64,000 nt of DNA from positions 992,001 to 1,056,000 of the forward strand of contig NW_027117343.1 in NCBI RefSeq assembly GCF_038025025.1, given 5' to 3'. Position numbers and translations under genes: made by a program. Below the pieces are notes generated by a model. It was not told where the DNA came from, ran no database searches, and saw only the letters and a list, made by a program, of their open reading frames with translations. The stretch is from Phyllosticta citribraziliensis (lineage: Eukaryota). Below, piece by piece: positions 29,205 to 40,560 of this stretch (positions within the stretch are counted from its first letter, which is position 1; each line of letters starts with the position of its first letter).

Positions 29205-29417
29205 TCATGTCGTCTTGGGCGAGGTGGTCGGCGGCGAGTTGACCAGAGAGGCAAAGGAGCTGGTCAAGGCCGAGTAGGTGATTGCTGGAGAGGCGGCATT
29301 GGCGCTGGGAGAGCGTGCGGGAGCTTGCAAGTTGAGGGTGATGCACGAGGAACAGCGGCCGTTGGGAGAGTTGCAGCGGCCACGGCAGCCGCGCTCGTAG
29401 TTTGCGCAAGAGAACAT
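29205..29417 (-). CDS. Putative 70-aa cysteine-rich microprotein (C-x6-C-x3-C-x6-C-x2-C)
   Basis: ATG at 29417 in strong context (caaaATG); TTATAT element at 29505-29500; C-ending codon bias; product MFSCANYERGCRGRCNSPNGRCSSCITLNL followed by a Ser/Thr/Pro-rich tail. Confidence 0.7.
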   Translation of the reverse strand: MFSCANYERGCRGRCNSPNGRCSSCITLNLQAPARSPSANAASPAITYSALTSSFASLVNSPPTTSPKTT

Positions 29418-31777
29418 TTTGTTTTCGGAAAGGTGAAGTTGGTGATGGAGTGACGGAGCGTTGGAAGGCGAGGGCAGCATTGGACGGGGACTGGGACTGA
29501 TATAAGGCGCGTCCGGGCTCGCAAGGATACCTCACCATGTGGTTTCAGTGCTGGGCGCCATGGGCATGGGCATGGGCATGGGCTCCACTCGTGTGGGCGT
29601 CTTGTTCTGGCCATGCGCAAAGATTTCCATTGCAACCCCAGATCTCCACGACCGTGCCAGCCAGCCAGTCCAGGTCCAGGTCCAGGTCCAGGAACGCTCC
29701 CTGTCAGCCCCCGGCCCGCATTACGACGCCCGCCCTCTCTGTTCCGTTCTCTGCTGTGTCCGGGCTGTGTGCTTCTGCCTGCTCACCTCTCGACCGAACG
29801 GATCTCTCTCGCAAACCCCATCCGTCTCTCGTCCTCCCGTCGTCCTCGTCCTCGTCCTCCCTCGCTCGCCGATCCGCTCCACCTCCGCAGAAAATCATCA
29901 CCGGATCATCGACGATCCCCGTCCGACCTCTCAGCCTCTAGCACGTTCCTGCATCCGCGACTTTGAACGTGGCGTCAATAGAGCCTGCGCCAGCCCGCTG
30001 CGTACCCGTTGCACTTCGTCATCACCTCTGCCCACCATCACAACTCCTGCGCAACGAGCGAATGCCCCTGACGCCTCGCCTGAGAGCCTCCGAGAGGTTC
30101 CAATATTGGCCACAATGTGCCTGTCTCGTTTCAGCCGCCAACCCTCCGCCCGCCTCCTCTCCGACGGGCGTCTGTCGGCCGCCTAACATCATGTCCCTTC
30201 GCCCCAACAAAGACGTCTTGCAGCCTTCAGGGTCCAGCTGCCCGCGTGCTCTCTCCGACCGTCTGCCTTGTCGGGCATTTTTGACTTTCTGCCTGCCTGC
30301 CTGCCTGCCTGTGTGCTCCTCCGTGTTTCGGCGGCGGTTTCGTGCAAGAAGCACACAACCTTCCGTCGGGCGCTATCTTGGACATCGTGTTCCCCCCACG
30401 CCAGAAACTAGTCCAAGTCGACATCTCCTAAAAGCCGTATCAACATCAATTTGCATCTCGTATAGCGTCGACTCATTTTCGCGTCCGGGCTTGTCTTTGG
30501 AGACAGAGCGTTTCTGCAATCGAGAATATTCGTTCACACGGCTTTCCCTCTACCAGGACATGGGTTCCATCTACCACTGGTTTCTCCATTGAAACGCCCG
30601 CGTCCAACGTTTCACTCTCCATCTGTCGATTCTCCTAAACATCGCGCTCAATCGTCAACCGACCCCATCTTTCCAACTTCCCCTGAGCTCCTTGCACACA
30701 CTCCAACGCCCTTTGTTGCAATCACTTACCGCTTCCCCTAGGCAGACTCAGGACTCGTCTGATACGACAACACGTGGCCAACAAATGATGCCGTAGCCAA
30801 CCACCGTGCCAACTCCCATTCGCTGGATCCCTGCCGTCATTTGCCATCGACTTTCTGGTCGGACGCAACCGCCTTGGGTGGGTCTCGTTTATAGAGCACG
30901 AGCCATCGAAGCGCCTGAGAAAGAACGGTCTGGGCGGATGGCCTCCAGAATATCCCGCACGTCCTGCGCCTTTTGCCTCTCTCCAAATGATGCCAGTCTA
31001 GAATTTCTGGAGCTTCATTTATCTGACTCTTCTGACATGTCACCCCAAGTTCGCCCACGTCGAACGCGCAGCTACCGATGCCGGCGCGCGCTGACAAAAA
31101 CGAAAAAACCTGTCGTCGAGCAGACTCTTCAGACCAACGCCCGTGCGTGCGCTTGGGCTTCTGCTACTGCAGTCTTTACGCCTCTGCGATACGAGCTTTC
31201 AATTCCAATCACAATTCTTCGTTGCCCCATCCGATGGCAGCAAAACCAATTCCATCACCACTCACGACAATCGTCGTCGTGTCACGGGGGCGTTGCGTGG
31301 CAAAGCAAAATGCAAAACGTACAACAGCCGGGATTCGCTGCTGGTCACCCACGCAACTACTAATCGGCCGCAAGGTAGCTTATCTATGGAAGAGCGGACG
31401 GGGTTCCGAGTTTTCTACCTGCTATGGTCGTACGTGGAAGGAGCCGTCGCTGTTTTGATTTAAGACCTGCATTAGACACGACCTCCGGACCTTGCAAGCC
31501 AAACGGACGCCCCTTTCTTTCTTTTCTTTTTCATGAATCTGCATCAACGAGTTTCTCATTCTCAGACTAGTAAGTACTCCCTCAATGGTGATAGACTCAG
31601 CATCCGATCCAATTCGTTTAGGAGCCGTCAACATTACCCTTTTCCGTGGCCAGCAACTTCAGAGTATTCCGTACGCCACATTGCGCGCAAAAAAAGGCGT
31701 TCAGGATTCTCTCTTGACTACATTCCACATCGTGAACGAAACCTCGGCCCTCAAATTACAGATATAAACACCCCTAA

Positions 31778-33797
31778 TTACTTCTGCCTCGCTCCTTTCT
31801 GCTCTGGCAGTTCTACCGCCGAAGGATAATCGCCCGGCAGCTCGTGCGGGTTCACATTCATCCTCTCATGGCTGAGCTCCGCCGGCGTCTCCGCCCCATC
31901 AATCTCAACACGACTCTTGACCTCCTCATTTGCCGGCATTTCCGTCTTGCCGTCTGCCGGCAACTCCGTGCGATGCTGCCGCGCATGCAGCTCCCTCCCG
32001 CGGTCGTCTCCCTGCAGCTCCTCAATCGTCTTGTGCTGGCTCGCCATGGCAAAGGCGGCGCTATTTTCTTCTACCCTCTTCGCGTTGGTCCGTCGTCTTG
32101 CGCGGCAGCGCACGATGCAGAAGGATACGAGGACGATGGCGACGATGGCGGCGGCGCCGACGACAATGCCGATGATGGCTCCGATGCTCAGTGCTGGGCC
32201 GCTGTTGCTGCCGCTGTTGACGGAGCGGATGGGCACGATCTCGGCCGGTGCGCTGTCGTTCCAGACGCGTTGTGCGAGCGTGAAGTTGTGTCGCTCGTAG
32301 TCGGCGATGAAGTACGCTTCCTGGAGAAATGTGCGGCCAAGCGTGATCTGGAAAGGTCATTAGCAAAGACTTCTGGACGACGAGAGCGCAAAGACGCACC
32401 TGGGTCGAGTTGGCTGCGCGTTTCAAAGGGAAGAAGCGTTCCATTCCCGATCCGGGGATCGTGGGATACGACGCATTCAAGTCGAAAGCGCTGTACGGCA
32501 AAACAATGTCGACCGTCTTTCCCCCTGAAATCGAGCCCCCGAGACTAAAAGTGACGTTTGGATTCTCCGCCACCAGTCTTTCGTGGACAGTGGCATTGAC
32601 CAGGTATAACTGCGACGTCTCATTCCAGCTGATGCCAAAAGCGTTTTCAAACATCTCGCACGACTCGGACGGCAACCACAAGTTCGCCTGACTGGAATCG
32701 AGCGCTGCGAGCACCGGGGTCGGCAGCAGCGCTACGTCTCCATTGCTTCCGGTCTTCTGAATCGATTGAATGGCAACGACCAGTTCGCGGCCGTCGTCTG
32801 GTGTAAAGTCGAAAGACAGCTTGTCCGGACCTACCAACGACGCGTCATAGCCGCCGAAAATGAAGGACGCCCACGCGCTCCTCAGGGAGCCTGTCCTCGC
32901 ATACGAGCCAGCCGTGTAGCTGTAGGTGAGACTTGGTATCAGATTATTGTCTCTCAGCAAGGAAAAGAAGCTCGGTTGCTGTGTCCAAATTAGCCACGAG
33001 ACGAGGGCCCAAATTGTCCGACTTACTGGATCGTTCATGCTCGTTGCATTGTTGTTTTCCACGGTGAAGTTGGTGGGCCGCGGGCTGACGCCGAACTGAC
33101 CCACATAGAAGTTGAGAGTGTTCATTTGTGCGACAATACTGCGATTCAGTGTTGCGCTGTTGCCAGCGTTGAGACCGACCAATTCGTAACCTTGAAATGG
33201 CACTCGGTTAGCCAGATCTGCGCATGTTGAGGAATATATCTTGCTCGTTCTTTAATCATACCATACTGGCCTTGCTAAAAACTATCAGCCAGTGCAACAT
33301 TTCAGCGATTGGCCCTACACTTACTCCACTAATCCCGAGGCTGTCCAAAACAACTCCACCGAGGCCGTATATTCCCGTATTGTCCCAGATTTCGGTGGTT
33401 GACTGCCATGTCGAAGACTCATTTGCGCGAAAGAGACCTCCTCTTTTAGACGGACACTGGTCACCATTTGGATCCGAATCTACACAACCGCTCGGCGCCA
33501 CAACCCAAGTTTCTTGTCCTCCTATTGCAATGTGGACGCGCATCAGCTGCGACGGCGTGCCCACTCGAAGAGTAAAAGTACTCCATCTTCCGTCGCTACC
33601 GTCCCTAGCCGTCCAAACTGGTAAGTAATTGGTGCAAGAGCGCGTTACTAGGTACCCGAGGCGCGTACCAGTTTTGACTCGGATCGAGTACTATGGGATC
33701 TGGAGTCGTTTGTCTCCGGGACAATGTGGCGCCATCCGAAAGAGCATGGGAAACGGAAAGGAAAAGAATCGAGGCGCGTACCCACGACCAGAACATT
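31778..33797 (-). CDS. Pepsin-like (A1) aspartic peptidase-fold type I membrane protein, probably catalytically inactive; about 5 introns including a 13-nt microexon
   Basis: Signal peptide MFWSWVRASILFLSVSHA; WDGSDGRWSTFTLRVGTPSQ; FRANESSTW; IPSLTYSYTAG; FGGYDAS; ALDSSQANLWLP; TLGRTFLQEAYFIADYERHNF; TM IGAIIGIVVGAAAIVAIVLV. Confidence 0.88.
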
Positions 33798-34542
33798 GGA
33801 AGACAGCGCCAGAGCAATTGGATATAGGGACAGAAAGAAGGGACGAGAGGGAAAACGCGAGACCTCTACGGGTCTGCGCAGACGATTCAGCCCCGCGGTC
33901 CAGTGGTCGCTATTATTTGCGCGGGAAACCCGATCGACCGCGTCCGGCAACGACGACACGCCACCACCACCACCTCCACCGCACGGCTTGTCTTAGCGAC
34001 TCGGGACGAAGTCAACCCCCCAGGTTTAAAAAGGCAAGGGAGAGCCAATGGACGGCCAATGACGAGACGCTCACGTTGCGGACGACGTCGGTTTTGGCCC
34101 CCTCCAAGCCAGAAAAGCCAGCCGCCAAGAGCAACCGTGTAACGGACTGGCTGACTGGTCTCGTGTATTGCCTTGGCGTGCAAGGCCAACCGGGGAGTGT
34201 TTGCTCCATTCGTCTGTGAGGAGCCAGCTGCTCTTTTAACCCTCTGGCTGCGCTTCGTCCCCGTCCGCCCTGTGGCGCGCCCTGTCTCCTTGGCCCGGCG
34301 AGCTCGCTCAGCCCAGTAGCAGCAGCAGCACGCCATGCGTGGTACCAGCTATGTGGCGAGGTCGACGAGGGCCTACCTCATGGTACTCAGCCCTTCTATG
34401 CAAGTCTGACAGACAGCCGTGCCCATCGCCATGTCTGGGCATATAACTCCCGGGTCAGCTCTGTTCGCCCGCCTGGTCGAGGGGGCCGACGATCGTTTTG
34501 TTATATCCCGTCCAAGATTGCTTCGATTTGTCGCTTGCCAGC

Positions 34543-37161
34543 ATGTGGAATCGCTCGTTCTTGTTGGCTACACTCGCTTCATGTTCGCTCGCTGCAGAGA
34601 ATAGTAAGATGCGGTTTTCTGACAGTGAGAGTGAGGAAAAGCTAACGGTGTTGACAGGCATACAAGGCTTCAATGGAACCACATCAACTCTTGTGCCCAG
34701 CACGAACCCGGGGAGCGGAATAGAGACGCCTGTCACGGTGACGCCTGTACCGGAGACTTCCAATCCAGCGACGCCACCCATTTCAGACACTTCTGTCCCT
34801 CAGACTGCGACGCCCGGGACGCCTACGCCAGAAACTCCCATCATAGTGACGATACTTCCAGTAACACCCATCACCCCGGTCCCAATAGGAGTAAACACGA
34901 GTACCATCACGCCCACTGGCTTCACCCTGTCATACACGGTGGACAAAAGCGTCGTGACAGACCTGACTGAACTCCCCACTCTCACGACGAGCCGCACGAC
35001 CTCGGCAGAAAAGTCGATAGCCAAGACTAATGGGAAGTCGGTCATCAGTACCGCGGAGACGCTGGGTGACATCGACGCGACGTCTTCTGCTGCCAAATCC
35101 GTGGAAACTGCAACAACTCTTGGACCCATTTACACGGATGTTCCCACCGAAACCACGGCGCATGGTCGTGTACCAGGAGATACCAGCTTGACTGCTCCGG
35201 CGGAGAGTCAAGCGAAGACGGTCGATGAAGGGACAGCTCTTCCCGTCATCACACCGACCACAGGAGTGCCGGAAGAGACCGCAGTGAAGACGGTTGATGA
35301 AGAGACAGCTCTTCCCGTCGTGACTCCAACCACAGTGCCGGAAGAAGACGATCCCCCTGAAATCTCACCTTCGCCCACTGGCGGAAACGTGGTGGTGCTT
35401 CCTGACCCAGACCAACCTCACAGCACTACGGCTCTGGCAACCGTGGTCAAGACCGTTGAAGACGGCACTGCCCTTGACCCCCCAACGGCTACGGCGCCGG
35501 GTAGAACTGTGGTTAAGAGCACTGGAGGCGTGACGACTTTACTCATGACTCAAGTTCCTCCTGGCAATGCTGATCCTACCGGCGACACTGCTCCATCGAC
35601 AGAGGCCAAGGTTGTGGCGTCCCAGACTGGCCTTGGAGGCCCGGCGCCGACGAACGATGTGGCTGATGCCGCGAACACGGAGAATGCGGGTGGGAACGTT
35701 GCGTCGTACATTGCCTGCGGACTGGACAATTCCTGCTTCAAGACGACGGGCGCAGCGGAAGGATCTCAAGTCGTCGTCGTCCTGCCTGCGCCGACGCAGG
35801 AGTCCAACTCAGGAGCAGGAGAGTCGCAGCCAGGCTCTCCAAACGAAGGGAATGACATTTCGGGACAGCGCGTCCCCGCAAACGCGCTGACTGAGGACTT
35901 TACCTACACGGCCGGCGCGCCAACAGTGGTTTACGACTCCAACACGCTGTCGGTTGGCGGCGCGGCCATGACGATTTCCGGCGCTCAAGTCACGCTCGCC
36001 TCAGGCGGTCTAGTTGTCGATGGAAACACATACACCGCTCCAGTTGCAGCGCCGGAGCCTACATCGCAAGCTGTTGCACTGCTGCCAGCTGAGGCAGCAT
36101 ACACGTACGACGCAGCTGAGAGCACGTTCGTGTACGGCTCAGCCACGCTGTCGGTTGGCGGTCCAGCGATCACGGTGGATGGCCACACGGTCAGTCTGGC
36201 GCCATCTGGAGGCGGCGTTGTATTCGATTCCTCAACCATTGTGCCCTCGGGCGAGTCACTGGCCGTCGTCTTGTCTAGCGATGGCTCCTCGGCATACGCC
36301 TATACGCCTGGCGCCAGCACTCTCGTCTACGGCTCGACAACGCTCTCGGTGGGCGGCCCTGCCGCGACGATTGCCGGAAAATCCATCACGCTGGGATCAG
36401 ACGGCGTGCTGGTCGACGGTGCAACGATAACGCCGGAACCTGTAGCAGCGGGCCCAGCGTCCGCAACCTTTGACTACACGCCCGGCGCCAGCACCCTCGT
36501 GTACGGCTCAACGACGCTGTCGGTGGGCGGACCCGCAGTGACCGTGGACGGCAAATCTATCTCGCTGGCCTCCGACGCCGTGCTGGTCGACGGCGCCACG
36601 ATCACGCCGCAGCCCGTGGTCGTGGTCGCAGCCTCGGCAACCTTCGACTACACGCCCGGCGCCTCGACGTTTGTCTACGGCAGCACGACGCTGTCGATCT
36701 TAGCAGGCGGCCAGGTCGTCGTCGACGGGTCCGTCGTTGCGGCGGCGACGCGCTCGCCTTCACCTGCCGCTGTCGTCACGCTCGGCGACGAGGTGCGCTC
36801 GCTGACCAAGGGCGCGACGCTGTCTGTGGACGGCTCGGCGGTTTTGACGCTCACGCCGGGAGCTGTGGTCACGTCTCTGCCAGGAGATGGCGAGAGCATC
36901 AGCGTCGGCCAGGACGGCGTCGTGATTGACGGGAAAACGGTGACGTTTGTTTCATCGACTACGCGCAGTGCGGCTGCGAGCACGACGAGGAGCGGATTGA
37001 CGACGTCGAGGACCACTGCGACGGGAGCGAGCGCGTCGGACGGGACTGGCAGTGCGGCGTTGGCGAGCTCGACTGCGGCAGCTGGGAGAAGCGCGCAAGT
37101 GTACTCAGCGGGGGCGTTGATTGCCGTATTTGGATGGATAGGGGCATTTGTGGGGATTTGA
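34543..37161 (+). CDS. Secreted Ser/Thr/Pro-rich, putatively GPI-anchored cell-wall protein with internal repeats
   Basis: Uninterrupted ORF; signal peptide MWNRSFLLATLASCSLA; Thr-rich body; C-terminal small residues plus hydrophobic tail (AAAGRSAQVYSAGALIAVFGWIGAFVGI). Confidence 0.85.
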   Translation: MWNRSFLLATLASCSLAAENSKMRFSDSESEEKLTVLTGIQGFNGTTSTLVPSTNPGSGIETPVTVTPVPETSNPATPPISDTSVPQTATPGTPTPETPIIVTILPVTPITPVPIGVNTSTITPTGFTLSYTVDKSVVTDLTELPTLTTSRTTSAEKSIAKTNGKSVISTAETLGDIDATSSAAKSVETATTLGPIYTDVPTETTAHGRVPGDTSLTAPAESQAKTVDEGTALPVITPTTGVPEETAVKTVDEETALPVVTPTTVPEEDDPPEISPSPTGGNVVVLPDPDQPHSTTALATVVKTVEDGTALDPPTATAPGRTVVKSTGGVTTLLMTQVPPGNADPTGDTAPSTEAKVVASQTGLGGPAPTNDVADAANTENAGGNVASYIACGLDNSCFKTTGAAEGSQVVVVLPAPTQESNSGAGESQPGSPNEGNDISGQRVPANALTEDFTYTAGAPTVVYDSNTLSVGGAAMTISGAQVTLASGGLVVDGNTYTAPVAAPEPTSQAVALLPAEAAYTYDAAESTFVYGSATLSVGGPAITVDGHTVSLAPSGGGVVFDSSTIVPSGESLAVVLSSDGSSAYAYTPGASTLVYGSTTLSVGGPAATIAGKSITLGSDGVLVDGATITPEPVAAGPASATFDYTPGASTLVYGSTTLSVGGPAVTVDGKSISLASDAVLVDGATITPQPVVVVAASATFDYTPGASTFVYGSTTLSILAGGQVVVDGSVVAAATRSPSPAAVVTLGDEVRSLTKGATLSVDGSAVLTLTPGAVVTSLPGDGESISVGQDGVVIDGKTVTFVSSTTRSAAASTTRSGLTTSRTTATGASASDGTGSAALASSTAAAGRSAQVYSAGALIAVFGWIGAFVGI
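35899..36950 (+). repeat. About 58-65-aa coding repeat (YTPGASTLVYGSTTLSVGGPAxTxxGxxIxL..VDGATITP): 4 full, 1 truncated and 1 degenerate copy
   Basis: Units visible in both translation and DNA (e.g. tacacgcccggcgcc at about 36475 and 36649). Confidence 0.85.
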
Positions 37162-37760
37162 GAGAGGATGATATGTGGTGTCTTTGGTTGTTATGATTCA
37201 ACGTGGCGTACGCAGCGATTTTGCTTGGGTTGTTGTCTGAAAATAGTATGGGGTTCGACAACGATTTTTCTTTGAATTGGGATGCCTCCTATAATGCGAG
37301 GGAAAGCCATGAGAAGGGAGGCCTGGCAGACTAGGTACCTTTGGTGAATAGGTATACATACGTCGTTGACCTGACTCTTGGCTTCCGACTCTTTTCCTGC
37401 AGATGCGCGTGGCATGCTTCTCGATCTCTGACGAGCACTCGCCAGTCTTCTCAAAGACGCAAAGGCTGCAGGATTCCAAGACACCCATGGCAGTAGTCTC
37501 GACGACTGGGCAGATGGGCGGCGTCTCTTTCATATCGCCTGTGGAATAAAACTTGGCGCCTTCTGTTCACCGAGACCCATAGGCGGGAGTTTGGCATGCT
37601 GCCAGCCTCTGTTGACCCGCAAACGTCCTCGCGGATACCCCCCTCTTGGTGCTATACTATAATTATTTGCACCCAGCTCGGATCTTTCCTCGAAAGAAAG
37701 CATGAAGTAGAGGCGCCCGAAAGCCAGTGAGCGACATCGACCCCTCACACACCAATCATG

Positions 37761-39043
37761 TTAGCCGTTACCAGGCGCAGCAACAGCCGCAGGCTTCCGC
37801 CAGTAAATCATCTGACCGGCCAGGGCATGAGGGTGGAGGTCAAAGTCGGGCATGGTGGCAACCCCCCTATTGCTGCTCAAGAAGGCCTCGGCGATTCCAA
37901 TGCATTTCCTCGTGCGATTATGGTCGTCGGTGTCCGAGGTGCTGCTGAGCAAGAAGACGATTGATTCAGCAAACCTTCGCATCGTGTATAGTTTCACCAA
38001 GGGAGAAGAATTACGAAGTTTGTTGTGTTGGTAATTGTGATGTTTAGATTCGAGACTGACCTGCTGTACTTCAACTGCGAGCGGCCCAGCTCCAGCATGC
38101 CGCCAATGTCGTTGCCAACGTACACCAGCGGATCGCGCGCCCTCAAAAACTCCTCCATCATGACAAAACTGGGCATGAAAGGCGCAAACACAAACGTCGA
38201 GTCTGCTATCAGCCTGGCCGACCCAGCATTTTCATCGTCCGCCGCCGCCGTCGCGGCCGCTCCTCCTTTTCGAGGCCGCACTATCTCGACGCCCAAGCTC
38301 GCCAGCACCTCTTCGTCCAGGGCGTTGAAAACGGGGTCTTCGGCGTACACCGGGACTGGCGTCGACGCCGATTTCCCCTTTGTTCCGCTGCTGTCGCTGC
38401 CGCCGCTCAGGAGCGCCACCATCTCGAGGAAGCATACCAACTGCCACATGCTCCTGACGCCGCCGGCAATGTTGTCGATGCTCAAGCTCCCCAGCCCCAG
38501 CACTACCGCGTTCTCGATCGTCCTGCTCGTCCTGCTCGCCCTGCTGCCTTGCGCCAGCCCCCACCATTCCTGATCTTCTGACTGCTGTTGCTGCTGCTGC
38601 TGCTCCCGCCGGCGCTTTGCGTCCAGATCTGTGCGCTCCAATAAGTCCCGCAGCTCGACCACACACGCGCTCTCGCGCCAGCGCTCGCGGAACGCGGCGA
38701 AGCGGTCCAGAAGCTGTTCCTTGGAGGTCCCGGGCATGATGGGCGCGGGACCGTTGGGCGTGTGCGTGGCGGCGAGGTCCGAGATGCGGAAGCGCGACAT
38801 TTTGTTCGTGGTGGAAACGAGGGTCCACCCGTCGTTGAGCGGTATGCGAGCTTGCTTGGATTTGCTGGGGGCCGGTTGGTGATGCGGCGGCGGTGGTTGC
38901 GAGGCTTGCGTCTCGAGCTTTTCGTGCTTGGGAGAGCGAATTGGAGCTGCAGAGAGAGCTGGCCGAGTGTGATTCGAGTCGGTGGAGGTGGTGTTGTTGT
39001 TTGCGACCTTTGCCGTAGTCCCGCGCGTTGGTTCGGATGTCAT
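37761..39043 (-). CDS. SRR1-like domain protein; one intron at about 38060-37948
   Basis: IENAVVLGLGSL, SMWQLVCF, VYAEDPVFNALDEEVLASLG, STFVFAPF; final exon ..PDFDLHPHALAGQMIYWRK..; internal polyQ. Confidence 0.75.
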
Positions 39044-39689
39044 GTTTGCAGCTAAACGAGGGCTGGCTGCGTTGGTCGCGTCTGGGGCGGGAGAAAGCGG
39101 TTCAGGCGGGCTGCGGTGCTGGCGCTGGGTTGCGCAGCTCCTCGTCTCGAAGGCGGAGCAACGGGTGTGCGTGTGATGTTTGGCGGTTGGTAGTGGTTGA
39201 GGGGATGATGCCGGTTGGAGCTGCGGGCGGCTGCGCCAGAGGCCATTGGTGAGGATCCCACGCGACGGGCCGACTGTCTATATCAACTGCTTCCTTCGCT
39301 CGCTTGATGGTGAGATGGTGAACGCGAAAAGGGAAACTGCAAAATGCGAATCATGTCGCTGCTGCTGACAAGCTGAACAAAGCCAGCTTTCGGCGAGGAG
39401 TTTCTCATACGACACCATGGCTGAGAGGGCCCTTGTCGTCCATCCGTGTATATCGTTGCTCTCCATTCATTGCATTTGGACTACCAAGACGGTCAACGTC
39501 GTACTTCAAACATTGGCTACTGGACATTTGCCTTTTGTGGTCTCTGGCGATATTTACAGCACAGACTTTTGGCTGCTGTGGACAAAAAAAAAACAACAAA
39601 AAAAAAAAAAAAACGAGAGAGGTATCAAATCCCAACGCTCCATCCCAAACCGAATCAAAAAGACAGCAAAGGGAACCGAGCGCTCCGTT

Positions 39690-40560
39690 TCAAAGCATCA
39701 TGAAAGCGACAAACATTATTGCGAGTGTGGGCAACAGCGTGTGGACGCGCACCGAGGGCAGCATTGTCTGAGCGCCGGAAAGACTGGACGTCGCAAAGAC
39801 CTGATCGAACGTGATGAGCTGGTCGGGCGAAGTCGTGTTGCGACAGTTGGTCTCGTTGACCTCGGCAACGTCTGCCGGATCGGCAAAGGTAATGTCGACA
39901 CACTGCAGACTGCAAGTCAGCGCCGGGCGCGATGGTACCAGTTCAAAAGAGTCACTCACGCTGTATAGGGCCGCGCCGTGCTTTGCCGTCTCAACCACTT
40001 GGATCGTCGCATTGTCGCCAATGTTGACAGAGATGTTGGTAGGTAGTGGCACCTGCGGGAAGCAGATTTCGCCAGGGTATTCATCGTTGGACGGTCCATT
40101 GATCTGGAAGACGGGGATCATGATGTGGCTCATGTTGAGAGGCTCCGTGCCCAGCCCCAGGTTGATGTACATGAGCGCCGTCGAGTGGCCAGAGAACCAG
40201 CCTGGCTGGACACCGACTGCTCCTCCACTGACTGGCCACTTGGTTCGGTTTGTACTGGTAGGCAAGCCGCCACCTGGAGACGTGTCAGTCAAAGACTGCC
40301 GCAGATGGCCTTTTCTGCCTCTCTTCATGCTGGGATAACATACAAGGATACATCCACTGCATGCCATAGGGATAAGAAGTGGTTCCATTGTCGTAGTCGA
40401 TCCCTATCGAGCCGGTGGGAATGCTTCCATCCGCATTGGTGCCATTCGTGTGCAAGTTGTTTCCTCTCCAGCCCGGATAAGTAATGACCGTGTGTGCAAC
40501 GACCAGCGGGGTCCAGCAAAGCGCCGCCACACAGGCAGCCAAGGGAGATATCCTCGACAT
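39690..40560 (-). CDS. GPI-anchored BIM1-like (LPMO-like) putative copper-binding protein; 2 introns
   Basis: Signal peptide ending VVA followed by His (HTVITYPGWRGNNL); YGMQWMYPCGG; TNRTKWP; QPGWFSGH; GDNATIQVVE..HGAALYSCVDITF; hydrophobic C-terminus. Confidence 0.8.

Noticed and set aside
29418..29538. Upstream ATG of the 133-aa ORF overlapping the microprotein in another frame
   Set aside because: It lies upstream of the TATA-like element, and its product looks like an alternative-frame shadow.
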